A DNA stretch of 64,000 bases from an uncultured Candidatus Binatia bacterium (GTDB taxonomy: Bacteria; Desulfobacterota; Binatia; UBA9968; CAXXLF01): contig OZ244621.1 of NCBI GenBank assembly GCA_965218425.1, forward strand, positions 1,856,001-1,920,000. Reading direction: 5' to 3'. The notes below the pieces were generated by a model. That model saw nothing but the letters and a program-made list of their open reading frames with translations, had not been told where the DNA came from and ran no database searches. Shown in pieces: positions 9,931 through 21,612 of the stretch. The stretch's first letter is position 1, and each line of letters starts with the position of its first letter. The translations under genes and the position numbers were made by a program.

Positions 9931-11124
9931 CTATTTCCGGTAAAACTCAGCGATCCTCTGAACGACCGTATCCTGCTGCTCTGGGGTGAGCTCCGGATAC
10001 ATGGGCAGGGCGAGCGCCTGCGTGGAGACGAGTTCTGAGATGGGCAGGTCACCCTGATGGTAGCCCAGGTATTCAAAACTGGGTTGGAGGTGGAGGGGGA
10101 GGGGGTAGTATACGAGGGTTTGAATGCCCTGCTTGGCTAGATGCTGCTTGAGTTCGTCCCTCCGCTCTGCCCGGATGACGTAATAATTGTAAATATGGGA
10201 CCGCTCGGTGCCTGAGAAAGGGAGGAGAATTTTCTTTTTCATCACCAGTCCACCGGAAGAAAAAAGATCTTTATAGTATCGGGCATGTTGGATTCTCTGT
10301 TCACACCACTGGTCCAAGTAACGAAGCTTGACTTGCAGTATGGCCGCCTGAAGGGCGTCCAATCTCGAATTGATGCCCACGGCTTCGTGATAATACTTGG
10401 TCCCCTGTCCATGAACCCTAAGCTTCCTAATCCTCTCGACCAGTGATTCGTCGTTGGTTGCCGCCAGCCCCCCGTCGCCGAATCCTCCTAGGGATTTGGT
10501 TGGGAAGAAAGAAAAGCAACCCAGGTCTCCTATGGTACCGGCCGCCCTTGGTTCCCCTTTGCCCAGTTGGAGCTTGGAACCGAAGGCCTGGGCGACATCC
10601 TCTACAATTTTAAGCTTGTAACGATCGGCCAAGGCGAGAAGTTCACCCATGGGGCAGCATTGGCCAAAGAGGTGAACGGGCAAGACCGCTTTAATTTGAG
10701 TGTGGTTCCTGGGGGAACGGTTTTCCAAAAGGGTTTCCGCCTGTTTGGTGTCCAACAAGTAACTGTCAGGGTCAATGTCTACGAAGACAGGTGTTGCTCC
10801 TAAGCGCGTGATACAAGAGACGGAGGAGAAGAAGGTGAAGGTGGGGACCAGAACCGCGTCTCCCGGTCCGATTCCAAGGGCCATGAGTGAAAGAAGAAGC
10901 GCATCGGTTCCAGAGGCGACACCCACTGCGGAACGACACTCAAGATAAGTGGCCACCTGCTCTTCGAATTCACGCACCGTGGGCCCAAGGATAAAGGCCT
11001 GGGAGTCTAACACTGCTTCCATGGCCTCCAGGATCTCCCCACGAATATTTCGGTATTGAGCCTTGAGGTCCAAAAAAGGGATTTCCTGAAAGCTACTCTT
11101 ATGTTTTTTTACCGTCTCAGCCAT
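9931..11124 (-). CDS. DegT/DnrJ/EryC1/StrS family PLP-dependent sugar aminotransferase
   Basis: IPFLDL, SGTDAL, VHLFGQ, EDVAQ, SFFPTKSLGGFGDGG, NSRLD. Confidence 0.93.
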   Translation of the reverse strand: MAETVKKHKSSFQEIPFLDLKAQYRNIRGEILEAMEAVLDSQAFILGPTVREFEEQVATYLECRSAVGVASGTDALLLSLMALGIGPGDAVLVPTFTFFSSVSCITRLGATPVFVDIDPDSYLLDTKQAETLLENRSPRNHTQIKAVLPVHLFGQCCPMGELLALADRYKLKIVEDVAQAFGSKLQLGKGEPRAAGTIGDLGCFSFFPTKSLGGFGDGGLAATNDESLVERIRKLRVHGQGTKYYHEAVGINSRLDALQAAILQVKLRYLDQWCEQRIQHARYYKDLFSSGGLVMKKKILLPFSGTERSHIYNYYVIRAERRDELKQHLAKQGIQTLVYYPLPLHLQPSFEYLGYHQGDLPISELVSTQALALPMYPELTPEQQDTVVQRIAEFYRK

Positions 11125-11215
11125 GAATGCATGCCGTCGAGTTAACTCCAATAAATCAACCTACGCACAGCACAGCAACCTTGTAACCATATGGGTTACT
11201 GTATGGGGGGTTGTT

Positions 11216-12607
11216 TCAGGATCTCTTTTTTGCTCCGTATGGTCTATCCTTCAGGGCCTCTTCGGCCGTTTCAGCTAACATTTGGTCGTTTTCGTGATCC
11301 AGGGCAAAGACCCGGAATTGGACCACTTTTGAAGGAATGAATTCAAAGAGGTCAGCAAGGGATTCCTTGGCGATCTCTCGAGTGGACGGATCGAAGATGT
11401 AGATCTGTTTCTTGCCCATGGCAAAGGGACTCTCCGGCCTCGGATCTTGTGTGGCCATGTCCACGCGAAAGACCACGGAACGCGCCGAGGGGGGAAGAGT
11501 ATCGAGGATTCGTTTTTCCCAATCCGTCCTTTCCACGGAGGTCGTTCCATAGTGCAACTCGTTCAATGACAGGGTTCGGTCATAGGCCATTTTCCATTTC
11601 ACGTCCCGGTCCAGGATTCTTCCCCACTCTTGAGCCAGTTCGCCGTTAGCTTTTTTTCCCCTGCGCCAGCGGGAGACCTCTTCCAACAACGACCAGTCGG
11701 TAAGGTAGAGGTACTGGTCCATGTGGTGGAGAGGGTTGCCGGGAAATATCCTGCGGATTGTCTCAGGAAATATTTCTCTTAAATGGAGGTCAATGGCCCG
11801 TGTGGTGCGGTGATAATAAACATTGGTGTAAAGATAGAGCCGAGCATTCAAAAACATAGTAAGTGCCGCGTTTCCAGCCTTGTGAAGGGTTAATCCCTTG
11901 GGGGAAAGGAAGGTATAGTGAATCAAACGGTCCCGGTCGATGGGTCCCACCGATACACCACACATATAAGAGTCCCTAGAGACATAATCGAGGTTGTCAA
12001 AAGTATAGATTCCGCTGGTCAGGGGCTGGAGGAGCCTGAGCCATTTGGGTTTAAGTTTATCCTCTTTTCCGTCCTTCTTGATGGGAAAGGCGATTTCCTC
12101 TGGTTTGAGCTCCTCACCCGGTGCAAAAGGACCGCTGGGGCTGCGGCGTAACTGGCGAATGAGCTGTCCAAGCTTGTCCCGAATGATAACCTGGCTAATA
12201 TCTTCGTGGATGATCCCGAAGTCCTCGAGAAAGTTGTGATCGAAGAAATGGCCGAAGGGGCCATGACCCACGTCGTGGAGGAGGCCGGTTATTCTTAAAT
12301 ACTCCTCGATGAAGGGTCCAGAAGGGCATTCGTGTCCCAAGATACGGCGAAGCGAGGGGTAGAGGTGTTTTGCGAATTCCCCAGCGAGGTGCATGGCTCC
12401 CAGGGAGTGTTGAAAACGGCTATGTTCCGCTGAGGGATAGACCCAGCGAGCGTTTTGGAGTTGATAGATATGACGAAGCCGTTGGACCCAGGGGGAATCC
12501 ATGATTTCTTTTTCAGTGATCTCCCCTTTCCTTTCGGGTACCGTAAACTGGATGTAACGGTGAATGGGATCGGCAATTAAAGCGGTTCCCTCGTATTGGC
12601 TTTCCAT
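11216..12607 (-). CDS. HD-domain phosphohydrolase (dNTP triphosphohydrolase/SAMHD1-like family)
   Basis: DPIH, QRLR..YQL, HSRFQHSLG, LLHDVGHGPFGH, LDYVSRD, VYYH. Confidence 0.85.
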   Translation of the reverse strand: MESQYEGTALIADPIHRYIQFTVPERKGEITEKEIMDSPWVQRLRHIYQLQNARWVYPSAEHSRFQHSLGAMHLAGEFAKHLYPSLRRILGHECPSGPFIEEYLRITGLLHDVGHGPFGHFFDHNFLEDFGIIHEDISQVIIRDKLGQLIRQLRRSPSGPFAPGEELKPEEIAFPIKKDGKEDKLKPKWLRLLQPLTSGIYTFDNLDYVSRDSYMCGVSVGPIDRDRLIHYTFLSPKGLTLHKAGNAALTMFLNARLYLYTNVYYHRTTRAIDLHLREIFPETIRRIFPGNPLHHMDQYLYLTDWSLLEEVSRWRRGKKANGELAQEWGRILDRDVKWKMAYDRTLSLNELHYGTTSVERTDWEKRILDTLPPSARSVVFRVDMATQDPRPESPFAMGKKQIYIFDPSTREIAKESLADLFEFIPSKVVQFRVFALDHENDQMLAETAEEALKDRPYGAKKRS

Positions 12608-12626
12608 TCCTTGTATAGGTTTCCTC

Positions 12627-13046
12627 TCACAGTCCGAAGGTCGCCTGACCTGTCCACTGTTCTCCTGTTTTTCCCATGCGACATTGGTGGGCGACTACGG
12701 AACTAATCTCACACTGGATTTCGTGTCGGTCGGGATCGAATTTCTCTCCTCTGACCTCGGCTCGGACCGCGGGCCCCTTCATCTCGTGGATCTCAAATTC
12801 CTTGAGAATATAACCACTACCCTGGAAGAGATAGAGGAGTTCGCGCATCCAGTTCACCATCAATTCGTCGTCCACGCCTTCCACTTCCAAGGGGAGGCTT
12901 TCCTGCACTTCGACCTTATTGAGATCCGTCATGAGGTCAAACAGGGCAAAGGCCGACTGGGTGAGGACATCCTCCTGTGTCCTTGCGGAGACCCTTACTG
13001 CAAGGTCTGAGGAACGCTTTATCGTACGGTAACTCGGTTTGTCCAT
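12627..13046 (-). CDS. Archease family protein
   Basis: D.AVRV.A, ALFDLMTD, LMVNW..ELLY, GEKFDP.RH; the canonical HTAD and KAVTYH motifs appear degenerate (RSSD, SSVVAH). Confidence 0.75.
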   Translation of the reverse strand: MDKPSYRTIKRSSDLAVRVSARTQEDVLTQSAFALFDLMTDLNKVEVQESLPLEVEGVDDELMVNWMRELLYLFQGSGYILKEFEIHEMKGPAVRAEVRGEKFDPDRHEIQCEISSVVAHQCRMGKTGEQWTGQATFGL

Positions 13047-13086
13047 GATTCAGGCCTCTCCAACCATGATTGAGTGCACCCTCGCG

Positions 13087-13839
13087 TTAATTGATCCGAT
13101 TTATCAGGCTGGCCGCGAAACCGGCCCCAAAGCCGTTGTCAATGTTAACCACCGTCACGCCTGCCGCACAGGAGTTCAGCATACCCAGGAGAGCGGATAG
13201 GCCATGGAAACTCGCCCCGTATCCGACGCTGGTGGGGACTGCGATCACGGGTTTATCCACCATCCCGGCAACGACACTGGGCAAAGCCCCCTCCATACCG
13301 GCGACGACGATCAGGACGGAGGCGGAAAGGAGCCTCTCTCTGTTTTCCAGGAGGCGATGGATACCGGCTACTCCGACATCGAAAAGGCGTTTCACTTGAT
13401 TGCCCATCATTTCGCCAGTTAAAGCAGCCTCTTGGGCCACTGGAATATCGGAGGTGCCCGCACAGACTACCAGAATCTGTCCTTTTCCCTTAAGGGGAAT
13501 CCGTTTACCATTCCATGTGGCGGCTCGGGCGTCCTCATGATACTGCAAACCCTTGGTTTTTTTTTTGAGGGCCGTCATTTTTTCCGGTGAGAGACGAGTA
13601 ATCAGGACATTGGTGCCGCGCTTTTGCATAGCACGAGTGATTGCAGCAATGGCACTGACAGGCTTGGACTCTCCCAAGATTACCTCGGGGAATCCTTGTC
13701 TCAAAGACCGGTGGTGATCCACCTTGGCGAAACCTAGATCTTCATAGGGCAGGTGGTTCAATCTCTTGAGCGCTCGGTCCACGCTCACCCGGCCTTTACG
13801 AACTCCCTCTAAGAGTTCCGCAAGCCTTTCGGTGTCCAT
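13087..13839 (-). CDS. larB: Nickel pincer cofactor biosynthesis protein LarB (PurE-like)
   Basis: DLGFAKVDHHR..RQGFPEV, AGTSD, DVGVAGIHRL, AGMEGAL, PTSVGYG, NIDNGFGA. Confidence 0.93.
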   Translation of the reverse strand: MDTERLAELLEGVRKGRVSVDRALKRLNHLPYEDLGFAKVDHHRSLRQGFPEVILGESKPVSAIAAITRAMQKRGTNVLITRLSPEKMTALKKKTKGLQYHEDARAATWNGKRIPLKGKGQILVVCAGTSDIPVAQEAALTGEMMGNQVKRLFDVGVAGIHRLLENRERLLSASVLIVVAGMEGALPSVVAGMVDKPVIAVPTSVGYGASFHGLSALLGMLNSCAAGVTVVNIDNGFGAGFAASLINRIN

Positions 13840-13868
13840 CTCCTGTCCTTTCCTCGTTCTGCTAAGGT

Positions 13869-14903
13869 TTAGTTCGAGTGACGGTTCATAGCGATTGCAG
13901 GTGATAATCGACTCTTGAATTTGAAGTGATCATGACCCTTTTGCGGCAGGGCAAGCGGAGTTCCCTTGCCGTTGACTACCGTAATTCCGGCACGGGCGGG
14001 CACGCACCTCCCAATGTGAGTAACGGGTGCGCCCAATCGCTTGCGGATTCTTTGTAAACGAGCGCGATCCCTCGCCCGAAGGGAAAATAATAGCTCATAA
14101 TCTTCCCCCCCCGACAATGAGTACCTGATCCCTTTCCCGACGGCCAAGCGTCGATAAGGGCCCGAGAGAGGAAGTGCGTCTTGCCAGATAACGGCTCCCG
14201 TTTCGCTTGCCTTACACAGATGAGTCAAGTCCTGAATGAGGCCATCGCTTATGTCAATCATCGCCCTGGCGAGTTTTTCCTTCGCTAAGATGGCTCCCGC
14301 CTTCACACGGGCGGTAGGGAAGCGATGGCGGGAAATCAGGTAGGTGACATCATCTCTCCTGAGCCTCCCTTTAGATTTCCTGAGAAGATCCAATCCTAAG
14401 GACGAGTCTCCCAGGGTTCCGGTCACATACAGATCATCCCCCACCTTCGCCCCGCCCCGAGTGACGGGTCCGTAGGGCGCATGCCCAACAAGAAAGGCAC
14501 TGATGAAAAATCGATTGGCAGAGCTGGTATCCCCTCCCACAAGGGACACCCCACTCTGGGCTGCCAACGTTCTTATCCCCCGGTAGAATTCTTCTACTTC
14601 TTCCACCTTGAAGTCAACGGGTATGCCCAAAGAAATGACCAGATAATCGGGGGCCCCTCCCATGGCGGCTATATCGCTCAGGTTTACAGAAAGGGTTTTG
14701 TGACCCAGTTCATAGAAGGAGGTCCAGTTGAGGTCAAAATGTACGCCTTCGATCAGCAGATCCGATGTGAAAAGAAGGGGAGCCCTCTTTGATCTCACCC
14801 AAGCGGCATCGTCTCCTATTCCAAGGACCACTCCTGTGCCTTTCGAGGTGAATTTTTTGATCCTCTCGATAAGGCCAAACTCCCCTATCTCTCGCAACTT
14901 CAT
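13869..14903 (-). CDS. thiL: Thiamine-monophosphate kinase
   Basis: GEFGLI, GIGDDAA, EGVHF, NLSDIAAMG, GGDT, DISDGL, GGEDYEL. Confidence 0.95.
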   Translation of the reverse strand: MKLREIGEFGLIERIKKFTSKGTGVVLGIGDDAAWVRSKRAPLLFTSDLLIEGVHFDLNWTSFYELGHKTLSVNLSDIAAMGGAPDYLVISLGIPVDFKVEEVEEFYRGIRTLAAQSGVSLVGGDTSSANRFFISAFLVGHAPYGPVTRGGAKVGDDLYVTGTLGDSSLGLDLLRKSKGRLRRDDVTYLISRHRFPTARVKAGAILAKEKLARAMIDISDGLIQDLTHLCKASETGAVIWQDALPLSGPYRRLAVGKGIRYSLSGGEDYELLFSLRARDRARLQRIRKRLGAPVTHIGRCVPARAGITVVNGKGTPLALPQKGHDHFKFKSRLSPAIAMNRHSN

Positions 14904-15034
14904 TTACCCCGTACCACCTGTCCAGAGCCACCAAGTCGAACGATAAGACGTCCTGCGCAAGACGGGGTGCATGTTTTGGATTTCCCCAAAGGGTAGTGTC
15001 CTAGAGCCCCGGACAAAGTTCCGTGGTACAGGGT

Positions 15035-17527
15035 TTAAGGCCTGAGGGGAAGGATCCTCTCTCTGCGCACCTTTGCCTGGTTTTGCCCCCTCTTTTTAAA
15101 TCGTTTTTCCTTGGCTGGCGTCAAGGGTTTTTCTTTAGCCGAGACTCTAGCAGTTTTCTCCCGCTTGGGTACAAGCGCGCAATCCAGGACGTCCCACATG
15201 GTCTTAGCGGTCACGAACCGCAGCCGGCGTCGTAGCGGCTTTGGGATTTCATCCAAGTCCTTCTCGTTGCGGTCGGGGATAATAATGGTTTTGATTCCCG
15301 CTCGGTAGGCCGCCAGGCATTTTTCCTTTAGGCCGGCAATGGGTAAGACTCTACCCCGCAGGGTTATTTCGCCCGTCATGGCCACGCCTCGACTGACAGC
15401 CCTTCGGGTGAGCGCTGAAATGAGGGCAGTGCCCATGGTGATGCCGGCGGAGGGTCCGTCCTTGGGAATGGCTCCGGCTGGGACGTGAATGTGGATGTCC
15501 AGTTTTTGGTAGAAGTCCTCTTCGATGCCAAGTTTCTTAGCCTGCGAGCGGGCGTAGCTCACCGCAGCCTGGGCCGACTCCTTCATGACATCCCCTAGTT
15601 GACCTGTCAGTGTAAGGGTACCTTTCCCCTTGGACAGGGATGCCTCCACATGGAGGATCTCTCCACCCACGCTGGTCCAAGCGAGCCCAACGGCAACACC
15701 GACGTCGCTTTGTTCCGCCTCTGTTTCAGGAATATACTTCGGTGGTCCCAAGTAAAGGTGGATATTTCCACGTGTGACACGGGTAAACTCTTTTTTCCCT
15801 TCGGCAACTTTGCGTGCGACCTTTCGGCAAATGGAAGCGATTTCACGCTCAAGATTTCTTAGCCCTGCCTCCTTTGTATACTGGGCGATGGTACGCAGGA
15901 GCGCATCATCTGAAATGTCTAAAATTTCAGCGGAAATCCCGTTGGCTTCCAGCTGTCTGGGAATGAGATAGGTGCAGGCGATTTCTAGCTTCTCTTCGTT
16001 GGTATACCCAGATAGGGAAATGATTTCCATACGGTCCCTCAGGGTGGTAGGGATGGGATCGAGCATATTTGCGGTACAAATCATCAACACGTTGGAAAGG
16101 TCAAAGGGGAGATTCAGGTAATGATCGCTGAAGGCGTGATTCTGCTCGGGGTCCAACACCTCCAGAAGGGCCGCGGATGGGTCCCCCCGAAAGTCGGTTC
16201 CAATTTTATCGATTTCGTCCAACATGAAAACAGGGTTTTTGGACCCCGCTTGTTTGATCCCCTGAATGATTCTGCCAGGCAACGCCCCCACATAGGTTCG
16301 TCTGTGTCCCCTGATCTCTGCCTCATCCCGGATGCCGCCCAGGGAAACACGGGTGAAATTTCTTCTCAGGGACCTGGCTATGGATTTCCCTAGGGAAGTC
16401 TTTCCCACCCCCGGTGGTCCCACGAAGCAGAGGACGGGTCCTTTGAGCTTCTTTTTGAGCTTGTTGACGGCCAGGTATTCGAGGATTCGTTCCTTGACTT
16501 TCTCCAGATCGTAGTGGTCCTCGTCGAGGACCTTTTTGGCCACTTGGATATCTAGGTTGTCTTTGGTCTGTTTACTCCAAGGAAGATCCACGATCCAGTC
16601 CATATAGGTACGGACGAGGGATGCCTCAGAGGACTCGGGATGCATTTGTTCCAGACGTTTTAATTGTTTTTCGGCTTCCCGTTTCACTTCTGAGGGCATT
16701 TTGCCCTTTTCGATTTGTTTTCTTAGCTCGTTGAGTTCTTCGGTTCGCTCGTCACCTTCGCCTAATTCCTGATGGATCTGCTTGAGCTGTTCCCTTAAGA
16801 AATACTCTCGCTGGGTCTTACTTATCTCCTCCTTTGCCTGATTTTGGATCTGGGCCTGCATGGTGGACAGTTCCAGTTCACGGCTGAGGAGCTCGTTAAC
16901 TTTTTTCAGTCGATCCAGCGGGTCAAAGATTTGCAGGATACTCTGGCTCTCTTCAATCTTTAAACGTAGATTGGAGGCCACCAGGTCCGCCAAGACGCCA
17001 GGGTCGCTCACGTTGTCCGTGACCATGGTAATTTCAGGAGGAAGGCTCTTGAGGTTCAAGATCTGCTCGATTTTTTCCTTCACGTTGCGCATCAAGGCCT
17101 CCACCTCGATGGAAACCTCCGGCGCCGAAGGTTCGATGACCTTGCGGATGGTTACTTCAAAAAACGGGTTTTCTTTGAGAAAGTTTTGAACCTCTCCCTT
17201 GGCGAGCCCCTGTACGAGGATTTTGACTTTGCCGTCGGCTAGCTTCAACATGCGCAGAATGGTGGCCACGGTCCCAACCTCGTAAATATCCTTTGGGGCA
17301 GGGTTGTCCTGCGCCGAGTTCATTTGAGCCACGAGAAAAATGAGGCGGTCCCGCGCAAGGGCCTCTTCCACGGCGCGAATGGAGAGGTCTCTCCCCACAA
17401 AAAGCGGCAGCATCATATAGGGATAGATTACGATGTCGCGTATGGGCAAGAGTGGGATGACATCGGGGATCTCGGCGGGAGGATCTTTCCAATCCTGGCT
17501 TTCAGGGTTGTCTGCTATTTCGTTCAT
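15035..17527 (-). CDS. lon: ATP-dependent Lon protease
   Basis: Lon N domain, Walker [15 protein letters not shown], catalytic PKDGPSAG. Confidence 0.97.
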   Translation of the reverse strand: MNEIADNPESQDWKDPPAEIPDVIPLLPIRDIVIYPYMMLPLFVGRDLSIRAVEEALARDRLIFLVAQMNSAQDNPAPKDIYEVGTVATILRMLKLADGKVKILVQGLAKGEVQNFLKENPFFEVTIRKVIEPSAPEVSIEVEALMRNVKEKIEQILNLKSLPPEITMVTDNVSDPGVLADLVASNLRLKIEESQSILQIFDPLDRLKKVNELLSRELELSTMQAQIQNQAKEEISKTQREYFLREQLKQIHQELGEGDERTEELNELRKQIEKGKMPSEVKREAEKQLKRLEQMHPESSEASLVRTYMDWIVDLPWSKQTKDNLDIQVAKKVLDEDHYDLEKVKERILEYLAVNKLKKKLKGPVLCFVGPPGVGKTSLGKSIARSLRRNFTRVSLGGIRDEAEIRGHRRTYVGALPGRIIQGIKQAGSKNPVFMLDEIDKIGTDFRGDPSAALLEVLDPEQNHAFSDHYLNLPFDLSNVLMICTANMLDPIPTTLRDRMEIISLSGYTNEEKLEIACTYLIPRQLEANGISAEILDISDDALLRTIAQYTKEAGLRNLEREIASICRKVARKVAEGKKEFTRVTRGNIHLYLGPPKYIPETEAEQSDVGVAVGLAWTSVGGEILHVEASLSKGKGTLTLTGQLGDVMKESAQAAVSYARSQAKKLGIEEDFYQKLDIHIHVPAGAIPKDGPSAGITMGTALISALTRRAVSRGVAMTGEITLRGRVLPIAGLKEKCLAAYRAGIKTIIIPDRNEKDLDEIPKPLRRRLRFVTAKTMWDVLDCALVPKREKTARVSAKEKPLTPAKEKRFKKRGQNQAKVRRERILPLRP

Positions 17528-17543
17528 AAATCTCCTTATAACA

Positions 17544-17573
17544 ACGTTAACTCGGGCCCGTTGTCCGCGTCAA
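17544..17573 (-). promoter_or_regulatory. Putative sigma70-type promoter of lon
   Basis: Minus strand TTGACG-N18-TAACGT followed by an AAGGAG RBS. Confidence 0.45.
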
Positions 17574-17634
17574 GAAAATATCATTCAACCACGGTAGACA
17601 AACGGTCGGAGGGATGGTCAATGGGGACAGGAAA

Positions 17635-18750
17635 TTATCCAAATATTTCCTTAACTTTCTCGAAAAAACCCTTAGAGAGGGGGTGAATCTCCTCTCCGCC
17701 CAGCGCGGCGAATTCCTTTAAAAGCTCCTTTTGCCTGGCTGTGAGGTGGGTGGGTGTCTCTATACTGACCCGGACATGTTGGTCTCCCTGATGATAGCTG
17801 TGGACTTCTTTTAACCCTTTTCCTTTAAGGCGGAATACTTTACCGGACTGAGTTCCATAGGGGACCTTCAACTTTACCTTTCCGTGCAAGGTGGGGACCT
17901 CAATCTCTGCCCCCAACGCAGCCTGATGAAAACTGATGGGGACTTCGCAAACGATTTCCAGACCGTCTCGGACGAAAATCGGGTGAGGCTGGACATTGAT
18001 CGCCACGTAAAGATCTCCAGAGGGCCCCCCCAGTGACCCGCTCTCACCCTCCCCGCGCAGTTTAAGGAGAGAACCAGTATCAACGCCGCCAGGGATTTTC
18101 ACTCCGAGTGTATGGAACTTACGTACCTTTCCGGCCCCCTTACAGGTGGGGCAAGGATCCCCAATGATGGTTCCCTGCCCTCGGCACTGGCTACAGGTCC
18201 GTGAGACACTAAAAAAACCCTGTTGGAAACTGACCTGCCCTCTCCCGTGGCAAGTGGAACAAGTCCGAGGCGAGGTTCCAGGCTTCGAACCGCTGCCTTT
18301 GCAGGTTTCACAGTTGCTGTGCCGCGGAATCTTGATTTTCTTTTCTGTCCCAAAGGCCGCTTCTTCGAAACTGATGTCCAGATTGTAGCGTAGGTCCTCC
18401 CCACGTTGGGATCGAGCGCGGCGCCTCCCGGTGCCGCTGCCGAAAAAGTCGCCGAATATGTCTCCAAAGATGTCTTCGAAACCAGAGCTAAAATCAAAAC
18501 CTGCTCCGAAAGGACTGCCGCCGTCGAAGGCGGCATGCCCGAACTGGTCGTATTGGGCCCTCTTTTCCGGGTCGGCGAGGACCTGGTAGGCCTCTGAAAC
18601 CTCTTTGAACTTCTCCTCGGCCTGCTTGTCTCCCGGGTTTTTGTCGGGATGGAACTTTAACGCAAGCTGGCGGTAGGCCTTCTTAAGTTCATCATCATTG
18701 GCGTTACGACCCACGCCAAGCAGATCATAATAGTCCTTTTTCGCGTTCAA
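17635..18750 (-). CDS. dnaJ: Chaperone DnaJ
   Basis: J domain HPD, G/F-rich region, four CxxCxGxG repeats. Confidence 0.97.
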   Translation of the reverse strand: MNAKKDYYDLLGVGRNANDDELKKAYRQLALKFHPDKNPGDKQAEEKFKEVSEAYQVLADPEKRAQYDQFGHAAFDGGSPFGAGFDFSSGFEDIFGDIFGDFFGSGTGRRRARSQRGEDLRYNLDISFEEAAFGTEKKIKIPRHSNCETCKGSGSKPGTSPRTCSTCHGRGQVSFQQGFFSVSRTCSQCRGQGTIIGDPCPTCKGAGKVRKFHTLGVKIPGGVDTGSLLKLRGEGESGSLGGPSGDLYVAINVQPHPIFVRDGLEIVCEVPISFHQAALGAEIEVPTLHGKVKLKVPYGTQSGKVFRLKGKGLKEVHSYHQGDQHVRVSIETPTHLTARQKELLKEFAALGGEEIHPLSKGFFEKVKEIFG

Positions 18751-18783
18751 TTGTAAATTCCCCTTGAAGGATCTTATATAACA

Positions 18784-18824
18784 AAAAAAGCCCCTCTCCT
18801 GAAACGACCGGGAGCAGGGGCTTT
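18784..18824 (-). terminator. Intrinsic terminator between dnaK and dnaJ
   Basis: Minus strand AAAGCCCCTGCTCC...GGAGAGGGGCTTTTTTT hairpin followed by a U-tract. Confidence 0.75.
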
Positions 18825-18858
18825 AAATTACTTTAAGGAAAGCTTGTCCCGTCCCGCT

Positions 18859-20778
18859 TTAGTCCTTGACCTCCTCGAAGTCGGCATCCACCACATCCTC
18901 CTTCTTACCGCCTTGCTTGTCACCCTGCCGGTCGGCGCCGCCCCCCTCGGGTGGGGGAGGTGGTTGTTGTTGGGATGCTTTGGCGTACATCGCCTCGGCT
19001 AATTTATGAGACGAGCGGCCTAGTTCATCGGCCGCAGAACGGAGGGTTTGGGGATCCTCACTCTCCACGGCTTTCTTGGCCTTTTCCAGTGCCGATTCGA
19101 TTTCCGCCTTTACGGATGCGTCCAATTCCCCGGAGTAATCCTTAAGCGATTTTTCAGTTGTATAGATCAGAGAATCCAGCTGATTGCGGGCCTCCACTAC
19201 CTCCTTCCGCTCCTTGTCCTCGGCAGCGTGGGCCTCGGCATCCTTCACCATTTGGTTGATCTCTTCCTCACTGAGGCCGCTAGAGGCCGTGATCTGGATG
19301 GACTGTTCTTTATTGGTGCCCAGATCCTTGGCATTGACATGAACAATCCCGTTGGCGTCGATGTCAAAAGTCACCTCGACTTGCGGAACACCCCTTGGCG
19401 CTGGTGGTATACCCACCAAGTCAAATTGCCCCAGGAGTTTGTTGTTTGCCGCCATCTCCCGCTCCCCCTGATGGACACGGATGGTAACAGCGGTTTGATT
19501 GTCTGCGGCGGTAGAAAAAATCTGACTTTTTTTAGTCGGTATGGTGGTATTTTTCTCGATGAGCTTGGTAAACACGCCACCTAGGGTCTCAATTCCCAAG
19601 GAAAGGGGAGTTACGTCCAGGAGCAGGACATCTTTGACTTCCCCTTTTAGTACGGCGGCCTGGATCGCGGCCCCCACGGCCACCACCTCGTCTGGATTGA
19701 CCCCTCTGTGGGGCTCTTTACCAAAGATCTTTTGCACTCGTTCCTGCACCACGGGCATGCGCGTCATTCCGCCCACCAGGATCACCTCATCGATATCCGC
19801 CGAAGAAAGGCCCGCGTCCTTGAGTGCCTGGCGACAGGGACCTTCCGTTCTGTCCACCAGCTCCGAACAGAGGGCCTCCAGTTTGGAACGACTGAGCTTG
19901 ATGTTGAGGTGTTTCGGCCCGTTTTGGTCCGCCGTGATGAAGGGGAGGTTGATGTCCGTCTCCATGGTGGAGGATAACTCGCATTTGGCCTTTTCCGCCG
20001 CTTCCTTTAAACGCTGCAAGGCCATGCGGTCCTTACGCAGATCAATCCCTTGGTCCTTTCTAAATTCCTCCGCTAGGTAGTCCATCACTTTTTGATCGAA
20101 GTCTTCACCCCCGAGGAAGGTATCCCCATTTGTGGCCTTGACCTCGAACACCCCCTCTCCAAGTTCGAGGATGGAAATATCGAAAGTCCCTCCGCCAAGG
20201 TCAAAGACGGCGATCTTTTCATCCTTCTTCTTATCCAAGCCATAAGCCAATGAAGCGGCGGTGGGTTCGTTGATGATCCGAAGGACATTGAGACCCGCGA
20301 TTCGGCCCGCGTCCTTGGTGGCCTGTCGCTGGCTATCGTTAAAATAGGCGGGGACTGTGACCACGGCTTCCGTCACTTTTTCTCCTAGGTAGTTCTCCGC
20401 CGTTTGTTTCATCTTTTGAAGAATAAAGGCAGAGACCTCAGCGGGGCTGTACTGCTTCCCTCTCATTTCTACCCAGGCGTCGCCATTGTCCGACTTAACG
20501 ACCCGATAGGGGAGAACCTTCAGGGCCTTCTGAACCATGGGATCATCGTGCCGTCTTCCAATGAGTCTCTTGACCGCGAAGATGGTGTTTTCGGGGTTTG
20601 TGATGGCTTGCCTTTTGGCAATCTGACCCACCAAACGCTCGCCGCTGTCAGAGAATGCGGCCACCGAGGGAGTAGTGCGGGTTCCCTCCGCATTGGCCAG
20701 CACATTGGGATCGCTTCCTTCCATTATGGCCACACAGGAATTGGTGGTCCCTAGATCGATACCTATCACTTTAGCCAT
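18859..20778 (-). CDS. dnaK: Chaperone DnaK
   Basis: [33 protein letters not shown]-terminal DADFEEV. Confidence 0.98.
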   Translation of the reverse strand: MAKVIGIDLGTTNSCVAIMEGSDPNVLANAEGTRTTPSVAAFSDSGERLVGQIAKRQAITNPENTIFAVKRLIGRRHDDPMVQKALKVLPYRVVKSDNGDAWVEMRGKQYSPAEVSAFILQKMKQTAENYLGEKVTEAVVTVPAYFNDSQRQATKDAGRIAGLNVLRIINEPTAASLAYGLDKKKDEKIAVFDLGGGTFDISILELGEGVFEVKATNGDTFLGGEDFDQKVMDYLAEEFRKDQGIDLRKDRMALQRLKEAAEKAKCELSSTMETDINLPFITADQNGPKHLNIKLSRSKLEALCSELVDRTEGPCRQALKDAGLSSADIDEVILVGGMTRMPVVQERVQKIFGKEPHRGVNPDEVVAVGAAIQAAVLKGEVKDVLLLDVTPLSLGIETLGGVFTKLIEKNTTIPTKKSQIFSTAADNQTAVTIRVHQGEREMAANNKLLGQFDLVGIPPAPRGVPQVEVTFDIDANGIVHVNAKDLGTNKEQSIQITASSGLSEEEINQMVKDAEAHAAEDKERKEVVEARNQLDSLIYTTEKSLKDYSGELDASVKAEIESALEKAKKAVESEDPQTLRSAADELGRSSHKLAEAMYAKASQQQPPPPPEGGGADRQGDKQGGKKEDVVDADFEEVKD

Positions 20779-20828
20779 GGTTAGCTCTCCTCAAAGGGTG
20801 AGACCTCAGATCGGTCATGGTGAGTCAT

Positions 20829-21455
20829 TTAATCATCCGTCTCGGTCTTTTCAAATTTTGTTTGTTCGCTGCTCTCCTCTTTAGTTTCCGGTACCTTGGC
20901 AACGCTTACCAGGGAAGGGCGGAGGAGCCGGTCGGCCATAAAGTATCCTTTATGGAGCTCTTGCACCACGGTGTTGGGTTGGTGATCCTTGCTTTCCACC
21001 CGGGCAAAAGCCTCGTGCTTTTGCGGGTCAAAGGGCTCTCCCTTGGCAGAAACCTGTTTGACGCCGTGCTTTTCGAGGACCTCGAGAAAACCCTTGAGGA
21101 CCATCTCAACGCCCTCCAGCAGTGGAGTTTCGTTGCCCTCTGGACCGGCATGCTCCACGGCCCGTTCCAGGTTATCGAGCACTGGTAGTAGGTCCTTAAC
21201 TAGGCTCTCATTGCCGAATTTGATGGCCTCTTGTTTCTCCCGTGCGGCCCGCTTTTTAAAGTTTTCCAACTCTGCGCTTTGGCGGAGCAGAAGGTCATAG
21301 TTTTTTTGGGTCTCAAGCTCCTTCGCAGCGATCTGTTCACGTAGTTTTTCTATTTCTGGAGCGGGCTCTTCCTCATTGTTTTGCTGCTCAGAATGGCTTA
21401 ACGTTTCCTGTGCCTCGGCAGGCTGCGCGCTCTCTCGGCTATCTTTCTCGTTCAT
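20829..21455 (-). CDS. grpE: Nucleotide exchange factor GrpE
   Basis: AELENFKKR, LLPVLDNLERA, FDP..HEA, KGY...RLLRPSLV.V; directly upstream of dnaK. Confidence 0.96.
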   Translation of the reverse strand: MNEKDSRESAQPAEAQETLSHSEQQNNEEEPAPEIEKLREQIAAKELETQKNYDLLLRQSAELENFKKRAAREKQEAIKFGNESLVKDLLPVLDNLERAVEHAGPEGNETPLLEGVEMVLKGFLEVLEKHGVKQVSAKGEPFDPQKHEAFARVESKDHQPNTVVQELHKGYFMADRLLRPSLVSVAKVPETKEESSEQTKFEKTETDD

Positions 21456-21491
21456 TGATTCCTCAGGCTCGCGAGGTGTATTGAAAATTAG

Positions 21492-21520
21492 TATGTAATC
21501 ATCACTTGCCGGCTTGTCAA
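21492..21520 (-). promoter_or_regulatory. Putative sigma70-type promoter of grpE-dnaK
   Basis: Minus strand TTGACA-N17-TACATA. Confidence 0.5.
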
Positions 21521-21612
21521 GGTGAAGTGCTTCTCAGAACCCGTTGATTTTTCAAAGAGTTTGCGCGTTTTGGTTCGAAATGATATCTGTCTTGGGGAGG
21601 AACAATTGGGAC

